DNA of 64,000 nucleotides from Vampirovibrionales bacterium (GTDB lineage Bacteria; Cyanobacteriota; Vampirovibrionia; Vampirovibrionales; JAJTHC01): NCBI GenBank assembly GCA_046341215.1, contig JBKDRU010000007.1, positions 799 to 64,798 of the forward strand, read 5' to 3'. Shown piece by piece: positions 38,349 to 47,210 of this stretch (position 1 is its first letter; each line of letters starts with the position of its first letter). The notes under the pieces were generated by a model. It saw only the letters and a program-made list of their open reading frames with translations, ran no database searches and was not told where the DNA came from. The position numbers and the translations under genes were made by a program.

Positions 38349-39359
38349 ATGATACCAATGCGTATTACTTCGTTTGCCCCTTCAATGACCAAACCGACCT
38401 ATGCCGTTTCTTCTACGCCCCAAGGCACTTTTGGCGCTTCAACGCCTATGGTGCGTTCAGTGGCCCCCGCCTCCACCGAAACCCAACGTTCAGGGGGGTT
38501 GCCGACTAATCGATTTTTAGCAGGAGCAACAGCACTATTAACCTCCGTTTCACTCGCAGGGTGTGGGGAGAAGGCTGCTGCTAATTTGGCCGACTCCTTA
38601 GTGCCAAAGGTAAATGCTGGAGAAGAAGCATTGGTAGTCGAGCAAGCTCAAAAAGCACTCGTGGGAACGGGTCTCTCTAGATTTTATTCCGTATTTCGAG
38701 CGGTAAATTTCCCCGGTTCGACTTGTCCGCTACGTTATAGTGAGGAATCTACTCTAGCAGGTTTCGATCATTTTGTTATAGGGCCGAATACGGACAGGAA
38801 TGGTGAAACCAGTTTAACACTTCCAGAAAGATTTGATTGTGCAAGAGAAATGGCTGTTTTGAAAGACCGGGACCCATCTCAATCATCCGCTGAACAATTT
38901 AGCAGTACATTTCTTCCAGAGATACTGAATAGTCCTAACCCTAAAGTTAATTCAATGGGTGGCGAGCTTATGATCAGCAATGCAGGAGCCGTGCCTAGTT
39001 CGCCTAGCGGGTCGTATGGCGGGTCGTGTGAACAACTCGTCCAACGTTGGGAAGACTATAGAGTCGAAAAAGAAGCTGCTTCACGCGCTGCAAACAACGG
39101 TGAGTTGACAGTTGAAAATAACGCACTAAACAAGCAAGGGCAGTCATGGTTTCAGTTATTTGGCAATCGCTTCGCTATATTGGGAGATATTATTGCTCCT
39201 GAAGTCTGCGAAAGAATAGGTCCACCACTAAGGGAGATAGGACCACCTAGCAGAGAGAATATTCCCAATGTATTGGGTCTTGGTGACGACAATTTTACCC
39301 ACTTCCAAAAAAGATTAAATGAGTCAACGGTTCCAAACGAGGAGTCAATGGGTCAATAA
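38349..39359 (+). CDS. Putative lipoprotein, unknown function
   Basis: Lipobox LAGC at ~aa 68-71 (the true start is probably an internal Met). Several Cys. No homology recognised. Confidence 0.5.
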   Translation: MIPMRITSFAPSMTKPTYAVSSTPQGTFGASTPMVRSVAPASTETQRSGGLPTNRFLAGATALLTSVSLAGCGEKAAANLADSLVPKVNAGEEALVVEQAQKALVGTGLSRFYSVFRAVNFPGSTCPLRYSEESTLAGFDHFVIGPNTDRNGETSLTLPERFDCAREMAVLKDRDPSQSSAEQFSSTFLPEILNSPNPKVNSMGGELMISNAGAVPSSPSGSYGGSCEQLVQRWEDYRVEKEAASRAANNGELTVENNALNKQGQSWFQLFGNRFAILGDIIAPEVCERIGPPLREIGPPSRENIPNVLGLGDDNFTHFQKRLNESTVPNEESMGQ

Positions 39360-39447
39360 GCACCGAAAAGCAAAACCCCGTTTTCAATTAAGTAGGTTTT
39401 GGGTATACTGCTTGAGGGCGAACCGTTACTTTGCCCCCTATTAAGGA

Positions 39448-40881
39448 ATGGCCATGACCCGACAACTCGCCTTTAATGAACTCTTCCTTCAACACACCGG
39501 CGTTGAAGACGCCTTGCTTGAACGCTACAATCTTTCGGGGCCACGTTACACCAGCTACCCCACCGCCCCTGTTTGGCAAGACGCCTTCGGGGCGGATGCC
39601 CTGACTACCATGCTTAACAACACGCAACACCAGCAAGATGCTTTGCCGTATTCGCTGTATATTCACCTGCCCTTTTGTGAAAGTCGTTGCCATTTTTGTG
39701 CGTGTAATGTGGTCATCACCAAGCAAACGCAACACGCCGAAAAATACTTGGAACTGCTCTTTCAAGAAATTGATTTACTGCTCCCTCACTTAGATTTAAA
39801 CCGCCCTGTCATGCAGTTTCACTTGGGCGGTGGCACCCCTACGTATCTGACGCCCCAACAACTTGAACGTTTGTGGATCAAAATCAACCAGCATTTTAGC
39901 TTTCATCCTGATGCTGAAATCAGCTTAGAAGCCGACCCGCGTGTCACCACAGAAGAGCATCTCCAAACGCTGGCTCGACTGGGCTTTAACCGCATTTCCA
40001 TGGGCGTGCAAGATGTGGATCCCACGGTGCAAGAAGCGATTCATCGGGTCCAATCGGTAGAAGAAACGCAAACGCTGATTGATACGGCTCGTGCGGTGGG
40101 CTTTGACGGCGTGAATGTGGATCTCATCTACGGCTTGCCTCATCAAACGGCGGAAAGCTTTTATGAAACGGTCGCTACCATTATTCGCTTGAATCCAGAC
40201 AGGCTGGCTGTTTACAATTATGCCCATGTGCCGTGGATGGCACCTTGGCAAAGCTATATGCCTCAAGAAGCCATGCCCAAAGGCACCGAAAAATACGTGA
40301 TTTTTCGCCAAGCCACCAAGCAGTTTTTAGAAGCAGGCTACGTCTATATTGGGATGGATCACTACGCCAAGCCCGATGACGAGATGGCTCGTGCGTGGGA
40401 TGACGCGAGCTTGCATCGTAATTTCATGGGCTATACCGTGCGTGCTGGGCAGGCAGAACTCGTGGGCTTGGGTTTGAGCGCCATTAGCAGTTGGAAGGGG
40501 TATTATAGCCAAAACGTCAAGAAATTGTCGCAGTATGAGACGGCGATTAGCTCGGGCAAGCTCCCGACGTGGCGGGGCTATGCCTTGAGTGATGATGATT
40601 TGTTGCGTCAAACGGTGATTATGCAATTGATGTGCCAAAACCGCTTAGACTTTGCGAGTATCGACGCTCAATTTAAGATCACCTTTGAAGCTTATTTTGC
40701 CGAGGCGTTAGAAGCCTTAAAACCTTTAGAAGCCGATGGCTTATTGACGATTGAAAACCGCCGAATCGAGTTTAGTCCCTTGGGGCGGATTTTCAGCCGA
40801 AACATCGCCATGCCCTTTGACGCTTACTTGCAAGGGCAAATTGCTTCGACGCAGAAGCCTTTGTTCAGTAAAACTTTATAG
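39448..40881 (+). CDS. hemN: Oxygen-independent coproporphyrinogen III oxidase / radical SAM HemN family
   Basis: CxxxCxxC (CESRCHFCAC) radical-SAM motif and GGGTPTYL. 477 aa with an HemN C-terminal domain. Confidence 0.85.
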   Translation: MAMTRQLAFNELFLQHTGVEDALLERYNLSGPRYTSYPTAPVWQDAFGADALTTMLNNTQHQQDALPYSLYIHLPFCESRCHFCACNVVITKQTQHAEKYLELLFQEIDLLLPHLDLNRPVMQFHLGGGTPTYLTPQQLERLWIKINQHFSFHPDAEISLEADPRVTTEEHLQTLARLGFNRISMGVQDVDPTVQEAIHRVQSVEETQTLIDTARAVGFDGVNVDLIYGLPHQTAESFYETVATIIRLNPDRLAVYNYAHVPWMAPWQSYMPQEAMPKGTEKYVIFRQATKQFLEAGYVYIGMDHYAKPDDEMARAWDDASLHRNFMGYTVRAGQAELVGLGLSAISSWKGYYSQNVKKLSQYETAISSGKLPTWRGYALSDDDLLRQTVIMQLMCQNRLDFASIDAQFKITFEAYFAEALEALKPLEADGLLTIENRRIEFSPLGRIFSRNIAMPFDAYLQGQIASTQKPLFSKTL

Positions 40882-40904
40882 TATTCGATAAGGAATATCA
40901 AACC

Positions 40905-41213
40905 ATGCCGAAAGAAACCTATGTCGTGATTGGATACGACGCCACCGACGCCGATGCCCTCCAACGACGCCTAGACGCTCGCCCCGACCACCTCACGGCG
41001 ATGCAAGCGTCGAAAGATGCAGGCGTCGTGAAGCTGGCGGTGGCCCTTCAAAATGAAGCAGGCACGGCTTCGATAGGCTCTATCGTTTTGCTTGAAGTGA
41101 ATAGTTACGATGAGGTGCAAGCCTATTTGGACGGCGAACCCTATGTGAGTCGTGGGGTGTGGGAAACGGTGAAAGTTCATAAGGGAGCGGTGCCTCCTTT
41201 ATTCTCTTTGTGA
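40905..41213 (+). CDS. YciI-like / Dabb-type small stress protein
   Basis: 102 aa with a beta-alpha-beta fold signature typical of the YciI family. Moderate confidence. Confidence 0.55.
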   Translation: MPKETYVVIGYDATDADALQRRLDARPDHLTAMQASKDAGVVKLAVALQNEAGTASIGSIVLLEVNSYDEVQAYLDGEPYVSRGVWETVKVHKGAVPPLFSL

Positions 41214-41240
41214 ATACGATCGAAAGTTCTGCGAAACTGG

Positions 41241-41346
41241 CTTTACTCCCTCTCCCTTAGGGAGAGGGTTGGGGTGAGGGAAACCACCAGCTCCAATGGG
41301 AGCAAGTCCCTCCACCTAGCCTCCTCCCTAAGGGAGGAGGAACAAG
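41241..41346 (-). mobile_element. MITE-like element, copy B (inverted relative to copy A, internal deletion)
   Basis: The first ~42 nt and last ~22 nt are the exact reverse complement of the ends of copy A. The middle is a shortened variant. Confidence 0.6.
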
Positions 41347-41375
41347 ACAAAACGGCTTTCGCAGAGTTTTCTATA

Positions 41376-41395
41376 CTGTAACAATCTTGTTACAG
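41376..41395. promoter_or_regulatory. Perfect 20-bp palindrome CTGTAACA-ATCT-TGTTACAG, a candidate operator upstream of the 41519 gene
   Basis: Exact inverted repeat. It shares TGTAACAATCT with 60751-60762 and TGTAACAAT with 54683-54691. Confidence 0.45.
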
Positions 41396-41518
41396 TGACG
41401 GCTTAGCTGGCACAATGTTTGTTTTTATAATCCTTTATACTAATATAAGCGGAACACATTTTCGTTCCACTGAAGATAGACTATAGGCACATAATACACA
41501 CACATAGGACAACACATC

Positions 41519-41833
41519 ATGACACTTTCCTTTCCTTCACTTAACCTTGGTTCTCCTGCGTCGGGTCTTGCCCAAGAAACGAATGCATTAGAAATGCAAG
41601 CGTTGCAATATACCCAAGCTCGCCCTCAAATGCAAGCTCCTGCTCCACAAGTACAGGCGGATTCACTCTTTCGTAGTGGTTTACCTGTTGCTTATTTGCC
41701 CACTCAATTTACTAATACAGTAGGTTCTTTTGCTCCACCCTTACCGCAAAAGGTAAGTTATATGTTTGTCGCTCCAGCAACTGGGCAACAATCGATGAGC
41801 GGTGGAAGTAGCGGGCAACAACAACGACGTTGA
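41519..41833 (+). CDS. Gln/Pro/Ala-rich small protein (104 aa), unknown
   Basis: Low-complexity ORF at the head of the unusual cluster. Followed by a perfect bidirectional terminator. Confidence 0.45.
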   Translation: MTLSFPSLNLGSPASGLAQETNALEMQALQYTQARPQMQAPAPQVQADSLFRSGLPVAYLPTQFTNTVGSFAPPLPQKVSYMFVAPATGQQSMSGGSSGQQQRR

Positions 41834-41880
41834 TAGCTTTAAACGTCTGCCTGTTTCTTTGAAGACATCGGCGTGACACT

Positions 41881-41919
41881 AAAAAACGGCTTTTGAGATA
41901 TTTCTCAAAAGCCGTTTTT
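41881..41919. terminator. Bidirectional terminator (aaaaaacggcttttgagata/tttctcaaaagccgtttttt)
   Basis: Perfect 16-bp stem flanked by an A-run and a T-run. Lies between convergent genes. Confidence 0.75.
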
Positions 41920-41940
41920 CTATAGGTGTAGAAAATATAA

Positions 41941-43500
41941 CTAAGTCGTTGCAGGCGTTTTGGCTTTCTCTGCATCTGCCTTGGCTTTTTCAGCTTCTGC
42001 TTTGGCTTTGTCCGCATCTGCACGAGCTTTCGTGGCATCTGCGGTGGCTTTAACCGCATCCGCCTTAGCTGTGACAGCGGCGGCATCTTTGGCAACAGAA
42101 TCGGCTTGAGCAGCTTTGGCATCGGCATCGGCTTTATCGGCCTTGACTTTTGCAGCAGTAGCTTCCGTTCGTTTTTGTGTTGCTGTCGCTTGTGCCGCAG
42201 TTGCTGCTGCTTTGGTTGCTTCTGTTGCATTTGGTTGAGCCGCAAGTGTGGCGGCAGATCTTGAAGCGCTCTCCGCACTGATCGCTTCATGCAAAGCGAT
42301 ACTGGCTTCCATTTGAGCAAAGATAGCTTCTTGTGTCTTGGTTTGTGCTAAAGTCTTGGCTTTTACAGCGGCTTCATCGGCGACTTGGGACTCGCCCACC
42401 TTAACTTTTGCAGTTGCTTCTAGTTTGTCGGCTTCTGAAACCAAGTAAGTGGCTTGTTCATTTTTTAACGCAATGCGAACTTCATTATCGGCATCAAAGC
42501 CTTCGCCTAAAATACCAGACGCCATTACGCCATCTGAATTAACGCCTTTGGCGGTGCTGCTCACATCACTGTCGATATAGTTGATGTCAGCACCACTGGC
42601 ATCTTTCAGCGTGTTAACCGTAAACTTCATGTTGTACTCACCATTGTTGGTGTTGTCTGCCGTAAGTTCTTTACCATTCCACTTTAAAACGGAACCATCT
42701 TTGGTGGTAAAAGGTTTGTCTTTTTCAAGGGCTTTGCCGTTCAAGGTGGCATTACCACTATCATCTAAAATCAATTGCTGGTCGCCCAAAAGCATATCGA
42801 TTTTTTTGGTAACCCAAGGCACAACACCGCCAGGTGTCCATTGAGCGATGCTCTTATGTTCAGCATTCAATTGAATGTTCTTGTCTTTTAACAAGTTATA
42901 GGTGCCTTCACCCATGACATCGAAGTTAATCGCTCTGGTATTGGCTTTGTCCGTACGATCGGGATCCGCAATGTGAGGGTCTCCCCAATAAGCGGAATGC
43001 TCATTAGCAGCCACGAGCGTCGGTGTGGGGGCTGGGGTGGCTGGCGTCGGTGGTTGAGGCTGTGGCACGTAAATAGGAATATCTGTATCTGGCTTAGGCT
43101 GTGGCTTAGGTTGCGGCTTAGGTTGCGGCGTAGGTGAAGGAGTCACCGTTTTTTTGGATTTACTAAAATATCCTGCGAATAACAACAAAAGGGTATTTTT
43201 CGTTTGAGTGCTTGCCGTCGTTGTGGCAGGACTCATTTTTGGCGTTGTGTTATTTAAAAATGAAAAATTTGTCGGTGCAGACGCCTTAAATAAATTTATC
43301 GAATTCGTGGAAACAGGTGAGTACGATGTTGTTGGATGGTAAGTGACAGAAGGCATTTTTTTAGGCTGACCTAAGTATTGTACAAAGTTTTTTAATAAGC
43401 TTTGCATCGCAGGCGAATTTAAGGCTTGATAAGTACCTTGAATATTGGAAAATGTTGATTGCTTTGGCGTATAAGAACTGTTTGATGATAACAAAATCAT
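41941..43500 (-). CDS. GDPH-motif domain protein, paralog 1: N/S/T-rich N terminus, (PQPK)n linker, conserved ~230-aa central domain, Ala/Lys-rich coiled C-terminal tail
   Basis: Central SAYWGDPHIADPDR...NFDVMGEGTYNLL...GILGEGFDAD is about 65% identical to paralog 2. No signal peptide. C-terminal KADADAKAAQ...KAKAEAEKAK. Confidence 0.7.
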   Translation of the reverse strand: MILLSSNSSYTPKQSTFSNIQGTYQALNSPAMQSLLKNFVQYLGQPKKMPSVTYHPTTSYSPVSTNSINLFKASAPTNFSFLNNTTPKMSPATTTASTQTKNTLLLLFAGYFSKSKKTVTPSPTPQPKPQPKPQPKPDTDIPIYVPQPQPPTPATPAPTPTLVAANEHSAYWGDPHIADPDRTDKANTRAINFDVMGEGTYNLLKDKNIQLNAEHKSIAQWTPGGVVPWVTKKIDMLLGDQQLILDDSGNATLNGKALEKDKPFTTKDGSVLKWNGKELTADNTNNGEYNMKFTVNTLKDASGADINYIDSDVSSTAKGVNSDGVMASGILGEGFDADNEVRIALKNEQATYLVSEADKLEATAKVKVGESQVADEAAVKAKTLAQTKTQEAIFAQMEASIALHEAISAESASRSAATLAAQPNATEATKAAATAAQATATQKRTEATAAKVKADKADADAKAAQADSVAKDAAAVTAKADAVKATADATKARADADKAKAEAEKAKADAEKAKTPATT

Positions 43501-43677
43501 ATTTAATTAATCCCCGTCTCTCTTTATACAATTAGTTTGAAAGCTCTCTTTTTTAGTCAGTCGTTTGAAAGAATAGCTAGAATGCCCTCGTAATTAGAAG
43601 CATTCTCCCCAAATAATAAACAAAAGGATGCGTTTTAAATTGTCATTTTGTTATACTTCGTAACAAAATAGAAACTC

Positions 43678-43720
43678 TAAAAAAACAGTGGTGACTAAAA
43701 TTGTCTACCACTGTTTTTAA
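43678..43720 (-). terminator. Rho-independent terminator after paralog 2 (acagtggt...accactgt plus T7 on the minus strand)
   Basis: Directly visible hairpin and T-run. Confidence 0.7.
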
Positions 43721-43778
43721 TTTCTGGAACTCGGTTCAAGTGTTGACTGGATGCGTCAAACTAAAACCATCTACAGTT

Positions 43779-45362
43779 CTATTTCCCCTTGCTAGACGAT
43801 TTAGAGCTGCCTTTGCTTGGTGCTGGGGCAGATGACTTAGAGTCACTTTTGCCAGACGATTTAGAGCTGCCTTTGCTTGGTTCTGGAGCAGATGACTTAG
43901 AATCACTTTTTCCAGACGATTTAGAGCTACTGCTTTTGCTAGACCCCTTAGAGTCTGAGCCTTTAGAGTTGCCTTTGCCAGATCCCTTAGAGTCGTTATT
44001 GCCATCCTTCTTAGAATCCGATTTGGGAGCGTCCGTCTTAGGATCGGGGGCTCTGTATTTGTCTTTATCGGTTTTTAAACTTTTACGAACGTCTTTATCG
44101 GCATCAAAACCTTCCCCTAAAATACCTTTTGGCATTACACCATCGGAATTGACGCCTTTGGCGGTTGTTCTAATATCCGTGTCAATATAACTGTTGTTTT
44201 TATCTTTACCCTTAGTGTTTTTGTTTAAAGTAAAACTCATATTATACTCACCCTTGTTGACATTGGTGGTTTCGAGTTTGGATCCGTTCCATTTGACTAC
44301 AGTACCGTCTTTGGTGGTAATGGGCTTGTCTTTTTCAAGGGCTTTACCATTTAGGGTGGGTTTACCCTTGTCATCTAAAATCACGTCTTCATTACCTAAT
44401 TTCAGGTCTATTCTACCTGTCACCCAAGGCACGTTACCCTTCTTGTCTTTAGGTAAGGCTTTATGTTGCGCATTCAAAACAACACCTTTGTCCGTTAATA
44501 AGTTAAAGGTACCTTTGCCATCGACGGTGAAATTATTGGCTCTTGTTTTATTTTGATCCTTGCGATCAGCATCTGCTACGTGAGGATCTCCCCAATAAGC
44601 GGAATGCTCATTGGCAGCAACTGGTCCTTGAGGCTTGGATGGAGGTTTCACCACAGGTTGTGGCTTTGGAGCAGGAGGATCAGGTTTCACCACAGGTGGT
44701 GGTGGTGGAGCGGGAGGCTCGGGTGTCACTACAGTTGGTGGTGGTGGAGCAGGAGGCTCGGGTGTCACCACAGTTGGTGGTGGAGCGGGTTGCTCATAAA
44801 CGGGAGGCTCAGGTGTCACCACAGGTTGTGGCGTCGGTTGTGGCTTATTCGAAAAATAAGCTCCTAATAAAAGGAGTAAGTTATTCTTTTTTATTTGATC
44901 CGAATTTATTTGATCCGAAATGGTGGCGGGTGTCCCCGTTGTAAGAAAATTGTCTGTGGCGTAATCGGTTGTAGAGTCCACATTTCCAGTATAAGCTGTA
45001 CTGGTATTATTACCTAAAAATGAATACGGTTGCGACGAGTAAGAACCACCATAACCACCCATAGCACCCCAGAAACTGGTATTGTTTGACGTATAAGCCC
45101 CATTCGTGTTTGACTTATTGGCGTAAGTTCCTATCATGCCAGCTAATAAATTCAAATAACTAGACTGAGTACTTGCTGTATTTGAATCATAGCCGTAGCT
45201 TGAATCGTTCGATTGATAAGGATTATAGGTATTTGAATTGTTTGAATTCAAATAAGGTAAAAAATTATTTACAACTTCATTCATTCTTGGTGTCATTAAC
45301 CCATTAACGATTGAATTAAGTGTCGGCTGACCTGCTTGGCGGCCATTATTGGTTATTTGCAT
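43779..45362 (-). CDS. GDPH-motif domain protein, paralog 2: prion-like N/S/Y/G-rich N terminus, Pro-rich (TPEPPAPPPP)n linker, conserved central domain, Ser/Lys/Gly-rich repeat C-terminal tail
   Basis: SAYWGDPHVADADRKD...NFTVDGKGTFNLL...GILGEGFDAD. Intragenic tandem DNA repeats of 63 bp (43796-43960) and 39 bp (about 44690-44800). Confidence 0.7.
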   Translation of the reverse strand: MQITNNGRQAGQPTLNSIVNGLMTPRMNEVVNNFLPYLNSNNSNTYNPYQSNDSSYGYDSNTASTQSSYLNLLAGMIGTYANKSNTNGAYTSNNTSFWGAMGGYGGSYSSQPYSFLGNNTSTAYTGNVDSTTDYATDNFLTTGTPATISDQINSDQIKKNNLLLLLGAYFSNKPQPTPQPVVTPEPPVYEQPAPPPTVVTPEPPAPPPPTVVTPEPPAPPPPPVVKPDPPAPKPQPVVKPPSKPQGPVAANEHSAYWGDPHVADADRKDQNKTRANNFTVDGKGTFNLLTDKGVVLNAQHKALPKDKKGNVPWVTGRIDLKLGNEDVILDDKGKPTLNGKALEKDKPITTKDGTVVKWNGSKLETTNVNKGEYNMSFTLNKNTKGKDKNNSYIDTDIRTTAKGVNSDGVMPKGILGEGFDADKDVRKSLKTDKDKYRAPDPKTDAPKSDSKKDGNNDSKGSGKGNSKGSDSKGSSKSSSSKSSGKSDSKSSAPEPSKGSSKSSGKSDSKSSAPAPSKGSSKSSSKGK

Positions 45363-45620
45363 TATGTGTTATTCCCCTTGAGTTCTCTTCTTCATATAAC
45401 TATTAATGATGATCTATGTCACAGATCTATTTTTCCCTAAGACAATAAAGATCGCTTCTCTGCAATAATTGTTGTATTTTTACATTTCGTAACAATTGAG
45501 TGGATTTCATACAAAATACCGCCACACAAAGACTCATTCGCTGTCGATACGATAGTGAATCGTTTAACTTGTATTAGAGTTGGCATCCATCTACACGTCA
45601 GCCCAATTGTAAGCGGGGGG

Positions 45621-47033
45621 TTAGTTGGGTGGTTTTTTTGAACTAAAATCTGCACCATGATAGCCAAAATGCTGTTTAGTAATAGGCTTTAAGCGAATAT
45701 CGAAGGAAAGCATAAAGGCATCCCCCAAGAAGCGGGCAAAGCCATTAAACGGCGGCGGAACAAGCGATGTACCAAACTGCATGAAGGTGGCGAATCCACC
45801 ATTGGCAAGCGTGGCGTAGGTTTCATTAAATAGGTTGTGTAAAAACCAGATGAATCCTTTTTGGGGGTTTAAACATTGGGCAACATCAAACATGGAACGT
45901 AATGCCATGCCATCGACGTCATGCCAAACTTTTAAAAGCATCCCTAAATCTTTATGAGCAAAGAAATCAAAAAAGGTTTTATACACCGCTAAGCGAACCG
46001 CGGTTTGCTTTTCATGACGAGACAGTAAATGCAGATATTCTCTAAACGTGGCTTCATCCTTTTTTAATAAGGGCAGAGGAGCTTTTAGGTTCTTATTCTT
46101 TTTTTCAATGGCTTGGTTTAGCATTTTGAGATGCTTTTGAAAGGCTTGGCCATGGCTAAGTTTAAGATCTTCCATATCGCCTTTGGGATTGGTTCTGAAA
46201 TAGAGGTCTTTGGCTTGAGAAAGGGCTTTGGCTTTGGCATCTAAGACCGCTCCAAACACAGGAATGTTACTAATCCAACTGTCGACTTGATCTAGCGTGC
46301 CACGCCCGCCTTCTACTTTAGGGACGAAGCCCATGAAAATGGGGGTGCTGGTCACCCAGCGAACAGGAGCAAAATGTAGAAACGCGTTAATCCCACGAGC
46401 GAGCCAAGGCATTTCTTCTTTTTGTTGAAAGTGAAAGGCCAGCATCGGGCGTGCTTGTTGAGAAAGGGGTTTGTGCTTAGCTTGTTGAAGGGTGTGTTGG
46501 TAACGGGCTAAGGCTTTTTGCATTAAGATTTCATGTTTTTGCCCCTTGTCACACGGTGTGACGGCGTCAAATAAACCCAACCAATGCCCCCCTAAGTGGT
46601 TGACTTGTTTTAGAAAAAATTCGTACTTGCTTCGGTGTTTTTCTCTGTCCTTAATCACGGTGGTGCCGAGTTCGTGGTAGCCTTTTTCATCAAGCAATAA
46701 GCCTGAAAAATCAGCTCTGTTTAAATTCATTAGAATTTCTGAACTAACAGAAGCCGCTGGGGGATGCTTCATCACATCTTTCATTAATTCTTTGGCCAGT
46801 AAGCCTCCTCCGTAGCTAATGCCCATGCCGCCCAGTACTAAAGGCCACGACATCACATTATAAACGCTTGCCCCTGACGCCGTAGACAGCCCAATCGGTA
46901 GTCCAAACTTGAGTAAAGTCGCTGTCAGTAGTTTACCCTGTTGTAAAGCGTCTTTTGGTTTAAAGCCACTGCGTTGCAACGCCAAAGGCGTTGGGGTCGT
47001 GTTAGGATGTGAGTAAGACGATATTTTTTGCAT
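45621..47033 (-). CDS. Hypothetical 470-aa protein, unknown function
   Basis: Long ORF with ordinary composition. N-terminal hydrophobic stretch (LPIGLSTASGASVYNVMSWPLVLGGMGISYGGGLL). No recognisable motif. Confidence 0.5.
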   Translation of the reverse strand: MQKISSYSHPNTTPTPLALQRSGFKPKDALQQGKLLTATLLKFGLPIGLSTASGASVYNVMSWPLVLGGMGISYGGGLLAKELMKDVMKHPPAASVSSEILMNLNRADFSGLLLDEKGYHELGTTVIKDREKHRSKYEFFLKQVNHLGGHWLGLFDAVTPCDKGQKHEILMQKALARYQHTLQQAKHKPLSQQARPMLAFHFQQKEEMPWLARGINAFLHFAPVRWVTSTPIFMGFVPKVEGGRGTLDQVDSWISNIPVFGAVLDAKAKALSQAKDLYFRTNPKGDMEDLKLSHGQAFQKHLKMLNQAIEKKNKNLKAPLPLLKKDEATFREYLHLLSRHEKQTAVRLAVYKTFFDFFAHKDLGMLLKVWHDVDGMALRSMFDVAQCLNPQKGFIWFLHNLFNETYATLANGGFATFMQFGTSLVPPPFNGFARFLGDAFMLSFDIRLKPITKQHFGYHGADFSSKKPPN

Positions 47034-47210
47034 AAAACGCTGTAATTGTGCCTAAACGCATTTATGGGGACAAGGGAACTCATCGGCATAAAGTCTTGTG
47101 CATGAATCCTTGTGCTAGCAGAAGAAAGCCTATTTAAAAGCCCTTGTAGAGTATTTTAAAGAATCGTCGTGCTTAGTCATCGATTTCAATCGCATCCGCC
47201 AATAAAAAAA

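Noticed and set aside
39388-39765. 125-aa minus-strand ORF overlapping the hemN start
   Set aside because: It overlaps the 5' end of a well-supported hemN coding region and the lipoprotein gene's 3' flank. No independent support.
43736-44944. Several 75-135-aa ORFs on both strands inside the GDPH paralog 2 gene
   Set aside because: These are low-complexity frame-shadow artefacts of the Pro/Ser/Lys-rich repeats. The long minus-strand ORF with the conserved domain is the real gene.
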